64,000 bases of DNA from Azolla caroliniana (lineage: Eukaryota > Plantae > Polypodiophyta). The notes under the pieces are model-generated. The model had not been told where the DNA came from, did no database searches, and was given only the letters and a program-made list of their open reading frames with translations. The stretch lies in NCBI GenBank assembly GCA_043228905.1, contig JBHGNT010000004.1:6200001-6264000 (forward strand), written 5' to 3'. Both the position numbers and the translations under genes were made by a program. Below, one piece after another: positions 23,983-36,263 of the stretch; positions within the stretch are counted from its first letter, which is position 1, and every line of letters begins with the position of its first letter.

Positions 23983-24053
23983 GATAAGGTAGCATAATGG
24001 TAAAGTTGAGGTTTGGCTACGTGGAGGTATAGGGTTCGAATCCTGCCCTATGC
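23983..24053 (+). promoter_or_regulatory. tRNA-derived Pol III A-box/B-box cassette inside the LTR (second copy at 21645-21715)
   Basis: A box TAGCATAATGG (23990-24000) and B box GGTTCGAATCC (24033-24043) at tRNA-like spacing, with a T-run shortly downstream. Confidence 0.65.
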
Positions 24054-24319
24054 ACGTGATAAATATTTTGATATTCTTATTTTATTTATTTATATGTAAT
24101 TAAATCGTTTATATTATTTTTACTTTTTCACGTAGTGTACGAAATACACTACGACACCGGTCCCGGAGAGAGTCGGTCTCCTAGTATCCATCTCTTCCTG
24201 GTCTGTGACACTAGTGGTCTTGCTGATTCGATACATACGCGCGGATTTTTGCGACAACCTATGTCTTGTGCTCCGTGAAACTCTCCAACTACCGAGCCGA
24301 ATAGCCATTGCAAGCAGGT

Positions 24320-26803
24320 CATAAAGAAATTACAACATAGGAAGACCATGGACCACACAAGATTGCGAGCAGAACACATTATATATGCGAGAGAGTGCCT
24401 CGCTCCCTTGCTAACTCTAATCTTCAATCATGCCCTCACGGAGGGTTTTCCACCACAATGGACTATGAACACAGTGGTCCCCATACATAAAGGGGGGAAC
24501 CCCATGGATCCAAATACATATATGACCATTATGATAGGTCATACCCTTGCTAAATTATATGGTGTAGTAATGGAAGCAGAGCTTAGCGATTATATGGAGA
24601 CCCTAAATCTTCGTGCACCTGAACAGGTGGCTTTAGACGAGCCTTCTCCACTATTGATCATATCTTCACACTTAGATGCTTAATTGACCAAACTAAGGCT
24701 CACAAGAAGAAATTATATTGTTGTTTTGTGGACTTCCGCAAAGCCTTTGACACAGTCCCTAGAGAGCGGTTGTTTGATAGGCTTAAAAGCTTGAGGATAC
24801 CAGATGATATGGCCTGGGCCATCTATGCACTATATGAACAAGTGTCCATGTGTGTCTGATGCCCAGGTGGCCTATCTAATTGTTTCACTAACACTATTGG
24901 TGTAAAACAAGGTTACCCCCTATCACCGACACGTTTTGGGATCTACATTGATGAGATCATAGATTTTATTGCTCGTAAGGGAGGCAATGGAGTAGTCCTT
25001 GGGGATACATAGGTTCGTATCTTGCTCTATGCAAATGACATAGTTTTACTCTCTGAATCCAAACACGACCTACAAAGGCACCTTAATGCCTTAGATAACT
25101 TTTGTGCACAACGAGGATTGGTAGTGAATCTAGGGAAAACTAAAGTCCTTATCTTCCACACATCGGCCCAAGTTAGAGCTAAGTGTCACCTAACTATCTC
25201 TCATAGCCCAGTGGAGGTGGTTGGATCATATGTCTATCTCAGAGTCACTTTCAGTGCCCGCTCAGGTAAATTTTTTATGACACAGGCAGCGAAGGATAGA
25301 CTTACGAGAGGACATGCATCCCTCTCACTACTTGAGAGACAATGCCACCAAGCATACTTTCAAGAGCCACAGACTAAAAGGTGGCTCTTTGACTCATTGG
25401 TGACCCCCTCCCTCATGTATGCATCAGCGGTTTGGGCTCCAAGATTACCATATTTCATGTGGACGCAATTAGAGAGACCATTGGTGATGATGTTATCACG
25501 CCAACTCCGAATCAAATCGACAGTACCACACGACATTATTAGGGATGAGTTCACGTTACCCCCAATGTGTAGAGGCACTTTTCCAACTTGTAGTTTTTAT
25601 TCACAGGATGCATAGCCAACCACATGATAGAATATCTCATCAAGCCTTTATGGCCTCTCGATCACTGTATGAGTCTGGCTATACTAGCTCATGGTATGGC
25701 ATGATGATGAGTTGGCTTCTTGCAAATGGTCTAGACATTAATAACCTACCTCCCCTTAGGTACAACCACACGATTGATAACACTTTAATCTCTCATGAGG
25801 ACTGCAATAAAGTAATACACCAAGAAATATGGCAAATTTACACTCGGTATAAATGGATCACCCCACTAGAGCCACTCCCATTAAAATGTTGTACTATTAA
25901 GGAACACTTCATGCACTTCTCTAAGTTAGGTTTTATCACGCGGCCAAAATATCTAGATGTATTCTTACCACATGCACTAAGGGTTGCCATTGGACAACTT
26001 AGAATATCATCTCACCAACTTGAGATTGAGAATTGCCGTACTAATGGAGTACCTAGGGAGGAAAGGATATGTAGGTTATGCCACATAGAGATAGAGGATG
26101 AGTATCACTTTACATGCAAGTGTCCAACCTACGCCGAGATAAGGGAAAAATACCAAGACATACTTGGTTCCTCTCCCACCTTCCCCAAACTATTAGATAC
26201 TCTAGATATAAATAAATTAGGCAAATACATTCTAGAGCTAAAACAACACAGAGAGAATACATTACAAAATGTTGACAATAATGTTGCTAATGTTCACCAA
26301 CATGTAACAAATGAAGTTTTTCAGGAACAGGGGGAGACAAGGAATGTCAACACACCTGCACCACTCGGTCTTTCCCTTGATGAGGCAGAAAACCAGAGAA
26401 GAACTAGACGTCCTCGTGTGCCAGGTTTCAAAGGAACTTGACGTGGTGTAGAAGCAATAATGAAAATAAGGGAACGTGAGCTACACCGCCTAGAAGCCAT
26501 GGCTAGGGCACTCTCTACATTGGGACCACGGGTCACACCCACACCAAAACCCTTTGACCTCCCACTTCTTTTTGAGAGGCTTGTGTGGAAATAAAATTAG
26601 GCTTAGTGTAAAGTCACTTCCTTTATTGAGTATACCACGTTTTGTACACTACTAGAACTCTTTTAGCTTAAGTTCTATTTTTACTTTATTTTATTTTAGT
26701 TATGATGATTGGATAAATACTAATTTTGTTGTAAACCAATTGTCTCATGGGCCAATTTTGGCCTTAGAAGACATTAATATATCTTTCTTTCTTTCTCTCT
26801 CTC
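24320..26803 (+). mobile_element. 5'-truncated, frameshifted RTE/RTEX-like LINE
   Basis: RT motifs VVPIHKGG, CFVDFRKAFD, GVKQGYPLSP, LYANDIVL, NLGKTK. C-terminal LRISSHQLEIE...ERICRLC..EIEDEYHFTCKCPTY. (TCTT)n/(CT)n tail at 26777-26803. Confidence 0.88.
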
Positions 26804-26870
26804 TAGCTCCTTGGTTCAAGGCCCTGGTGGTTCTGCCCGATCCAACATGTACACGTGGATATCCACGGCA
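26804..26870 (+). mobile_element. Right end of another TGTCGT-family LTR
   Basis: CCCTGGTGG...ATCCACGGCA resembles the ends at 5580-5631 and 27600-27651; followed by ACGC and Copia gag sequence. Confidence 0.6.
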
Positions 26871-26909
26871 ACGCTTCTTTTGTCGTCTTGGTTTCTTGAA
26901 TGTAGTCGA

Positions 26910-27651
26910 TGTCATGAAGATTTTCAGCTACAGTGTGAAAATTGTGAGGAACGGACAATATCGAGAAGGTGCAATATGCACGTGTGAAAGGGGTGATGGT
27001 CACACACGTACGCTAGCATGTTGTAATTAGGAACGAAATGAGAATTGGAAAAGAAAGGCTAGATGTAAGGTTAAACATGTGCACGTGTGATGTGCGCTCA
27101 AACATTTGTAAATATAAAAATAAGACTAAAGCCTAATAACATTTGAGTACATACAGAGGGGTGCAAGCAAGGTTTGAACCTTGCAACCTCCAAAATAGAA
27201 GACAAATTGACTTATCACTAAAGCTACTAGTAAGTGCTTTAGATTTTGTACATTTTCTTTTTGAATATTCAGTATTCCATAAGAAACAAACTTATAAAAA
27301 CCGTGTGCACAAAACCATGGTTTTGCCCATGGTTTTGGCATGAAGAGACTTATAAAAGCCTCTAGTTGGGCTTGTGTAAAGGGGGCAAGCTATGTATTGA
27401 AGAAAGAAACTTTTAATAAAAGATCTATTTATCTTATTGGTGATGTATCTTGTCTCTAAAAATTGACGTCAAGGGTTCAATCTCTCTCTCTCTCTCTCTC
27501 TCTCTCTTAGAATTGGAATCTCCGTCTCTCAATCTCTCTCAATCTATTTTAAATATTGTCTCGCTAAAGCTCGTACAAACTTTGAATCCTTCCGGTCCAA
27601 GACCCTGGTGGTCCCACTTCATTTTGCAAACACACGAGGATTTCCTTGACA
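26910..27651 (+). mobile_element. Solo LTR (TGTCGT-end family), 4-bp TSD
   Basis: Ends TGTCATGAAGATTT...TTCCTTGACA; flanks TCGA (26906-26909) and CCGA (27652-27655). Removal restores gag 'DHMLGYIQE'. Confidence 0.8.
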
Positions 27652-28238
27652 CCGAGCATGTGGTCATGAGCACGTGACGCTAAGCAGTACAACACTCGTC
27701 TTGCTGCTTGCTCCCATGTTGGGTAGTTGACATGTGTTGAGTTGGGTTTCATTTCTTGTGCTCCTTCAATATAACCCCAAGATGCAAAGGTGTTTCAATC
27801 CAACTTTTTCCTAGGGAGTGAACTGACCATTTGAGTATTCACGGTGGTCGGAATGGGTTTTCTTCTTCTTCTTCTTTCTCAGATAAGAGTTATGTAATGA
27901 TACTACAAAGCAATGAGCCGGTTCTTCTAAAACGTCAGTGTATGACACAAAACACATGCAGATGGGATACATCAGACTACCAAACAACTCTGTTACCATG
28001 TAAATAATCAACTTTTAGCGATTATGTTGTGTAGAAGTAGATTAGTGATGTATGTGTGTATGAGAGAAGATAGAAGATAGACACAAGGTAGAAAATAGAA
28101 ATTGTATATTCACAAGAAGATGAAAGACAACCATCATGACAAAGGGAGAGAGGAGGGTGCTTATAAGGTCATGCTCTCACTATACTCTCTCACTAAAACG
28201 ACCTTCTCAGGAAAGGGGGGAAACCTTAACTAACTCTT

Positions 28239-28315
28239 TAACTATGTGTCATGGAAGCTATGTACCACTATGTAACATAGCTTCCATGACACATAGTTAT
28301 TGTTACATAGTGGTA
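28239..28315. repeat. Perfect 25-bp inverted repeat plus a second overlapping 15-bp inversion
   Basis: 28239-28263 is the reverse complement of 28275-28299; 28263-28277 is the reverse complement of 28301-28315. Confidence 0.95.
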
Positions 28316-28379
28316 TGTGTTCACACACTTGATTGTTCTTAAGGTGAGTTTACACTCTAGTTGATTTTAATTCTCAACA

Positions 28380-28650
28380 TTATGGAATCAAAATCAACCA
28401 AATATAAAAGGCATGTAAGGTATGCAAGGAAGGGATATTAGAGGATGAGTATCACTTGCCTTTTACATGCTCTACATATAATGCAATTCGTGAAAGTTAT
28501 GATGATATATTAAGAGGGGGGGTGATGACTTGAGTGTCACACTAAAGATAATACCTAGAAGGTTGAGCTCATATGTGTGTGCCTTATTCACACGTCGAGA
28601 CTTGGTGCTTCTAAGTATGAATATCCCTTCTGAGGAAGGAGAGATACATC
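28380..28650 (+). pseudogene. Old RTE/RTEX-like LINE 3' fragment
   Basis: ACKVCKEGILEDEYHLPFTCSTYNAIRESYDDIL, homologous to the C-terminus at 26060-26170. Confidence 0.7.
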
Positions 28651-29449
28651 ATTGAACCATGAAACTTATTTGTAGAACTTTGGGATGTTAGTACATCAAT
28701 GTGGCTAAAATTTTACTACTTGATAAACAAAGAAACTCTTCCATATATGTTGTACTCACTAAGGCTTAATTTCACATTCACAAAAAACTCAATTGCTCCT
28801 AAACTAGTGAGTTACAATTTGAGTTGGGTTGTAGATGAGTACATGAATGGATGATTGAAGGATGCATTATTGCCTCCCACTCATAGAGATTGGACAATCA
28901 CCTACATATGTATGGACCATGATTTGAGTTCAAACCTAGTTAAACTTGAAAGAGACCCCCTTCCTCTTAACCAAGGGCATTCGGGGAGGTAAGAAGAACT
29001 TATAATCACGTAGGGAATAATGAAAAACTTGGGTTAATTTCTAAGTTTTTCCCAAAACTAATGAACCCAAGTCAAGGAATGGATTAAACACGTCCTACAT
29101 TTGTGTATATTAAACCCATTTGAAATGTTTGTGTGCATAACACATAAGTGTTGAGCTAAACCATTGCTATCAATAATGATGAAGGTGGATCTATGAATGT
29201 GGAAGAGTGAAGATAACATATTAGCTCTACCTACTAAACCACATCCAACGAAGGTACCATCATTAATGGTTTTGTTCATTGGACTATGTAACAACATTCT
29301 TACACACCTTCCCTCCTCTAGTGTTACGAGGGACAATTGTTACTTGATAACCCACTTACATTTATGGGGATAAGAGTGTTATTTTAGTACTCACTTCAAC
29401 TATAAAAGTATGTCCATAAATTTCTTCTTTTAACATCATAATCATGATA

Positions 29450-30400
29450 ATATAATGATGGCCCTAATACTATGTCTATTAATTTCTTTGTTGTTTCTGT
29501 CATTATCTCTACTAATCACAAGGGAACCGACAATGGTTGCAATTCACCAAATTGTATACTTGAAGAGCCAAATCCAAACATTACTATTATTGGAAGAAAA
29601 TCTCAAATCAATTGTTGCAACTTCCAACTTCCCATTTGGCATTCCTTGGTAATCGATTTGTTGTAGATGCATTCCAATATTGAATCTTTCATGTGAGAAG
29701 GTACATAAAGACAATGGATTTATGACATTTATTGATATTGAAAGCATTTTAGATCACCATCACCTACATTTGGGTTTAATGTTTAAAGGTGTGGAAGAGA
29801 ATATACAAGAAATGTATAATGTGGCAAATGCTCATATGATTCATTTATGTCAAAGATATATTACATATTTTGATTACTACATTTTGTGAGCTTTTTTCGT
29901 AACAACTTTGACATATTTGAAGGTGCAATGTTCTCTTGTCGAAAGTACTATGATAAACCTTTGGACAAATTAGATGCATATCCAAGAGAGTGGTTATAAG
30001 TGTTAAACAATCATTTTGGGAAGGGTACATGTGCATTGTTTAAATAAGAAGAAAGATGATTGTATTATGAGGACAATAAATTTTTGTAGAGATAAAAAAG
30101 TCACAAGTCGTTGAAATATTGTTGCACTCGTGATGAATAGGAGTAATCCTTGCATGGAGAACAAATATGTACAATCATTTTTTGATTTGTCACTATCCTT
30201 AATTTCATGTGAAAGAGGATTTTCCAAGATGCTTAAAATAAAAAAACAAATTGAAATCAACTCTCTCTCAAATGTTTGTGGGCATTGACACTAAACAAGA
30301 ACAATTTTGAAGAGGCTATGTGGGGCAAATGCTTTTGAAGCTTGAAAGGGTATGGAGAAGCTAGAAGAATTGGATCGTCGGAACCAACACAATGTTGATC
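29450..30400 (+). pseudogene. Highly degenerate hAT transposase relic
   Basis: SCERGFSKMLKIKKQ (hAT dimerisation motif) at ~30205-30250; extent is approximate. Confidence 0.5.
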
Positions 30401-31704
30401 AATGAATGATGTATGTGTATAAATATCATCTTTTATAATATCATACGACATGTGTAGCTTTTTTTTTTTTGAATGTGGTGGATTACATCTTATTTATACA
30501 ATGTGATGGGTTTTGTAAGTAAATTTTACCTTTGTTTTTATTATGGCACACTATGAAAAGACAAATATTATGTGTATTTATGAAAAGTCGTACATTTGTT
30601 CTTTTGGACAATTAACAAAGTTTTACCATGAAATGCATGTTTCACCATTGCATTTATAGCAATTGTATCATCAAGGAAATCAAGCAAGAAATTTTACCAT
30701 TCCAATAAGGTTTGCATGTTTTAAAACTACATATCCAATGAAAGTGTAGCCTGCACACCATATAAACATTGTACACGATAAAATTAATATCCTTTCATGT
30801 TGGATATAATACTAATCATAATCCATCTTTCTCTAAGAAGGTTTCAAGTGTTTATAGTTTATAGTTTATGTTAATGTATGTAGATTATAGCTAAGTTGCC
30901 TCTTTCTAGTAGTTGATTCCTAAAGCTAAAATTATCCCTGTGTTTGCAAATAAGAGTGGTGCATCATATTGTATTTTGCATGTTTTGACTTGTCTTATCA
31001 AAGGGAACTTCGGGAAGGAGTTTCTCCCAATATCTATATCTTGAATATGATACAACTTGTGTCATATTCAAGATAAATAAATTTTACTAACACTTGTGTC
31101 ACACGTGTTAGTAAAATTTAAAATCAAGCCTCGTTAGCATCGTGTTACAAAACAAATGTTATCAACAATCAAGTCATGGAAAGCATGTTTGTAAAACCAT
31201 TTTCAATCAGAACTTGTTAGCTTAAAGAAACCCAAAACATCGTGAATACTTTTGTAATGAGTTCAACATTGGATGCATTGGTTCATGCTTGAAATCTGCA
31301 ATTTAGTACAAGAAAACTAGTTGAAGGGCTCCATGCTTAAATTCCAGGAACAACAAATAGCATGCACACCTCCCCCTCATGCTATTTGGAATGAAATGAA
31401 GGACAATTGAAAGAGATACCAATAAACACAACAAAGACTTCAAATCATGCATGTTGAGACAACCCAAATTGGCATTGTAGGAGGAAATCAATATTTCATC
31501 ATTGTAGGTCAATGACATGAGTTATGGATTTATCCCATGAGACAAACATGAAGTATTGTTGTGTTTGAGTCCAAAAAAAATTCTAACTTTATAAACAGAA
31601 TTCACTTTTCAAACCTATGTAAAGTAGCATTAACAACATATTAGATCAAATTAGATCTAATATATAGAAAGTTCCAAAACATAATCGATCAAATTTACAA
31701 AATT

Positions 31705-32964
31705 TTAATATATATCTTCTATGAAGTCCTCGATGCCATCATCATACTCATGAGAAGTTCGTGTAAAAATATGACGATATGCCTTGCTTTCTCGCCACAA
31801 CAAAATGTTGGCACTAAAGTCATGTTCTTCTAGTTCAGGTCCTTCAATAGAGATTCGTATCAATGCATCAACCACATTGTTTTTTAGCCTATTTCGAAAC
31901 TTATTTTTTATTAGATTTAGGCAACTAAAGCCTCTCTCACATGTTGTTGTAGAAGAACATTGAATTAACCTATCAATGAAAGCTTTAGAAGTTTGGGTAG
32001 CTGTTCTTTTCACACATCATTACAATTTATCATACCCCAAACATCTAAGGAATCTCTTCCAAGCCATTCCGTGGTAGCTTGCCTTTTGAAAATTGCATAT
32101 TCATCACACAATTTATCATTATCTATTATGAGAGAAAACGCTTTCCCATCTACCATTTTTTGAATGCCATAAAAATTTCCAAGTGTTTTCAACTCATTAA
32201 GACCCATAGTTTTTCGTGCTAAAATGTTTGTAGATCTAGTAGAAATGTTCATTGGTGATAACATTTTCAATGCGGAAAGGGTTACCGGATCTTGAAGCCT
32301 CTTTTTTATTGTCTCAATTAATGCCTTAAAAAACAATGTTTGGAATCGTATGGCTTCAATTAAGTCCTCACCATCAATACTTCTATCCATGAGGATGCTT
32401 TTATACATATTACCTTTAATAACATCTCTTAAAGCTGAAAGCATTCCTTTTTCTCTACCATATTCTGGAATAATTGGATAATTATAGCGATCCTTCTCAA
32501 AACCATTGAGATCCATCATAACATGATGTAGAAATTGTTCTTCTATCTCCCCAATGGCTATCATAACCAAACCTCCAATGCATGTCACATCCACATATTC
32601 CTTTTGGAATTCCATACTTAACATAAGTACATCTACAAGGAAGTGAAGCATATACACTACTTTGCATTTCTTAAACTTAATAATACATTGTATGCATCAC
32701 TTTGCGATTGCAAAGTCTTCATCAATGGTTCATACATATCACATACCCTCATGATAACACCATGACGACTAAGCCATCGTGTCTTCACAATCCCAAGAAT
32801 ATGCAAATGTGTGTATTCTAACACATCTTGCATCTTACTTAATTCACCTTGGTGCATTGAGCTCCTCGAGAAATGTGCAGCCACCCAATTCACAAGGGCA
32901 TCTAACTGCTTGCATGTTTCTTACTTGTAGACATACCTACCATAACAGATGCTCCATCACTTCC
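31705..32964 (-). pseudogene. hAT transposase, C-terminal part
   Basis: SDGASVM, KTRWLSR, HFLVDVL, SSTTTCERGFSCLNLIKNKFRNRL; frameshifted. Confidence 0.9.
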
Positions 32965-33138
32965 TATTGAGAATCGAACTCAACTTCCCATAGAAATAGG
33001 TTTCACACTAGCTCATGGACATACCCGGCTAGTTTTGTAAATAGTAGAAAGGGCCCTTGCCCTAGATTAGTTGGTATTTAAACCAACCTTTTGTAACTTT
33101 GTTATTGTTAGATGTAATACATATTTTTCTCATCTTAA

Positions 33139-33179
<41 letters not shown>

Positions 33180-36100
33180 GTGCTCACACACACACACACA
33201 CACACACACACAGTCCTACCACTGCATATAATCAGTCTCCTTTCTTTACATGGTATCAGAGCGTGTGGTTTTCTAATCTAGGCTAATCTACTTTGGTGTT
33301 CTACATACCGACGATCAACAAAACCAGTTCAAGAAACAGAGAAGAAATCATCATGAATACTCAAATGGGAAGCGCTCTTCCTACGGAGAAGCTCTAGAGA
33401 ACAAAATTCACATCTTGGGAGTACAAGATGCATTAGTACCTTGTCGGACACGGATACTAGAGCTATATTGAAGGAGCTCACGAAACGCAACCCAACCCAA
33501 CACATACCGACTATCTCGTTTGGGAGTGGGCCGCAAGCCATGTGTTGTATTGCCATGCATCATGTGTACATGATCACATGCTCGTCTATATTCGAGAGAC
33601 GAAAACGCCAAAAGAAGCGTGGGGCAATCTCAAGAAGATCCCCGCGGCCAATACGGTTGCCTGCAAGCTCCAGCTTCGTCAGGAGTTGAATGGCATTCAA
33701 AAGGGACATGTCAATCGGCGGCCACGCCTTGAAGATCAAGGAGTTGTGCAATGCCCTCGGGTTGATCAATGTTGGCATTGACGACGAAGAAATGGTGCAT
33801 ATATGCCTCGAAGGCTTGGCACCTCGATTCAGCGTAATAAGGTTCGTCGTCCTCGCAAGAGAGAATCCTCCCACCTTTTTCGATCTCCACTCAATATTGT
33901 TGTTCGAGGAAAATCACGCCTGACAAAGGAGCAACGCACCAGAGGGTCAGATGCTCTACTCCCAATCGAATGATAGAAGAAATTTCAGCTGTGGAAATAG
34001 AGGTCGATTCGGACAAGCCCGTCACGGTCAGCAGACCCAAGACCATAACTCCCACCAATGACAAGCGGACATGAACAATCCCAAAGAGTTCGGCAGAAGG
34101 GGGAGTCATAACGCCGGACCAAGCAATCGTGATAACCCAATCAAATGCGAATATTGCGGAAAACTCGCTCACTACGAAGAGGAGTGACGAAAGAAGAAGC
34201 GAGAGTCGGCTTCAATCAGCGGACAGCTCACAAACTACGCATCGAATTCCGACTACGACAATCGTAGCGGAATGTTCACGAATTATGCATCGAATTCCGA
34301 CTACGACGATCTTAGCAGAATGTTCATGATGAGGCACAAAACGCACTCAATGGCGACACAAGGTGAAACAAGCACCACACCCTCAGAGAATGTATGGTTT
34401 GTTGACTCGGGAGCATCCAACCACATGACATCTCATGAAGATTGGTTTCAGGAATTACGAAAACTTGAACGTCCTGGATATGTCGAGACAGACGATGACA
34501 CAACTCATCCAATACAGCATATCAAGAACATCCCATTCGGAAACGACGACAAACAAACCTACCTCAAGAACGTACTGTGTGTTCCTACCATCACGAAAAA
34601 CCTAGTTTCAGTCGGCCAGATTGTCGAACAAGGAATTCAAGTACAATTCAACAATGATGGGTGCTTTATCGAAAGAGGCGATCGAGTCGTAGCTCACGGC
34701 CACCGTGAAGGCTGTATGTTTTTCCTCAAATCGAACGAGGTAAAATCGGCCATGTTTGCAAAGGGCCTCGAAGTCAAAACCAACCTAAACTCATGGCACA
34801 AGAAAATTGGTCACATCAATCTCCAGAAGCTTCAAAACATGCAATCGAAAGGAGTCGTAATCGAACTCCCGAACTTTACCACGAAGGAGATTACGGGCGT
34901 ATGCGAAGCGTGCTAGTTCGGAAAGCAACGCCGACATCCATTCCCGAAAGAGCGGAATGTGAGCAAAGAGATCTTGGATGTCATACATTCAGATGTATGG
35001 GAACCGGCCCAAACAACAGAAGATAAAAATCGTTGCCGGCCACAACCGGTTTGTGTGTGCGGAATAATAGTTAATCTAATGGAGAGGAAAATCAGAATAC
35101 AGAAACTGAGAATGACACAGATTTTAATGTGGAAACCTAAACTGGGAAAAAACCACGTGGAGTCCACAAACTCCGAAATAGAACACTATGAGAGAAAAGG
35201 AATACAATCAGAGATCTCAAAGGCAACGACCTCGAGATCCTGCTTCGCCTACAGGCGGCTATGGAGCTGACACGCTTCCACTCTCACTGTTACAGAGGCC
35301 ACGACCTCAACAACCGTAACTTTACAATAATCCACTCATAACATGATTGCCCTAAGTGCTTATATACTTATGTAACCTTTCGACTATTTACAAGTTTAGC
35401 CTTCCGGGTTGGCTATCTCCACGATTTCCTATTTCGGCCTCGACCGAGTTGCTCATCAACATGGTTCTTCTCACTTCCCATCCGGAGGGACCTGTTTCCT
35501 AACAAACTCCCCCTTCACTCCGGCATGGGATGTCTTACTAGTCCGATCCGCTTCCGACATGCATCCAGCTTGTCGGGTATCAGTACTTTGGTCAGCATAT
35601 CTGACCCGTTCTCGGCCATGTGGATCTTCGTCAGTGCGAACTCTCGATCTTCTACTCGCTCCCGGATCCAGTGATACCTACGTTGTCGCGAAAATACGAC
35701 GAGGATACGTGAACTTTGAGGCAAGACCTCGGGGCCTCCAACCGGAAGATATCAAATTCGTATGTTTATATTAAACAATTAATGGAAAATGAGAAAGATG
35801 GACAAATTTCATTAACAAATAGAAAGAAAGATTACAATGAATCTCAAGATTGAGATTACAAAAAATTTACTAATGGAGATAGCTAGAGTAATAGATTAGA
35901 AGAAATGAGATATGGATTTTAATTAGAATATTAGGGTTTTTAGCTTCAATTCGAATATTAGGGTTTTTAAGTTGTATGGCTTTGATTAGGAAATTAGGGT
36001 TTACTTGAGAGATATGGCTTCGATAAGATAGGGGAGCTCAGAAGGAAAAGAAAAGAAAATTAAGATCATATGGAGAGAGCATATCCGTGTAGGAAAAAAA

Positions 36101-36263
36101 ATGGAATTTTATATGGAGTTTTCCCTTGATTATCTGCATGTCCACTTTTTGTTGCCTGGCCTCTACTTTTAGTTGCTTAGCTTTTTCTTTTAGTTGCATG
36201 CGACCGTCCACATGACCTTTACTTTTTGCATGCACTCCAACCTTAGTTGCTTGCGTCCACATG

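Larger units (their letters stand above)
21100..24156 (-). mobile_element. Young gag-only Gypsy-type LTR element, tRNA-Trp PBS, 4-bp TSD CCGG
   Basis: Two 719-bp, almost identical LTRs 21100-21818 and 23438-24156 (TGTCGT...ACGACA). CCGG on both sides. PBS TGGTGAACCCGACGTGAA (23416-23433). PPT GGAGGGGGCGAG next to 21818. Confidence 0.95.
20759..24320 (-). pseudogene. Degenerate Gypsy relic (RNase H fragment); host of Copia B and the gag-only element
   Basis: Translations 20760-21000: RFGAKVLSERQWGYAQVKRELLAI ... IIIEMDCLQIL ... MLRWITYIKSL, a Gypsy RNase H pattern. Resumes after 24160. Confidence 0.65.
26871..28379 (-). mobile_element. Old Copia relic (5' LTR, degenerate PBS, gag start)
   Basis: Gag VLYCLASRAHDHMLG|YIQETKTTKEA; PBS-like TGGTAACAGAG at 27988-27998; LTR 27999-28379 ending TCTCAACA. 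Confidence 0.75.

Noticed and set aside
23983-24053. Functional tRNA gene
   Set aside because: D-, anticodon- and acceptor stems pair poorly; only the A/B boxes and T-arm are good.
34793-35270. ORFs spanning 35018 (and 46467-47379) as host genes
   Set aside because: Chance read-through across TE junctions and LTR sequence.
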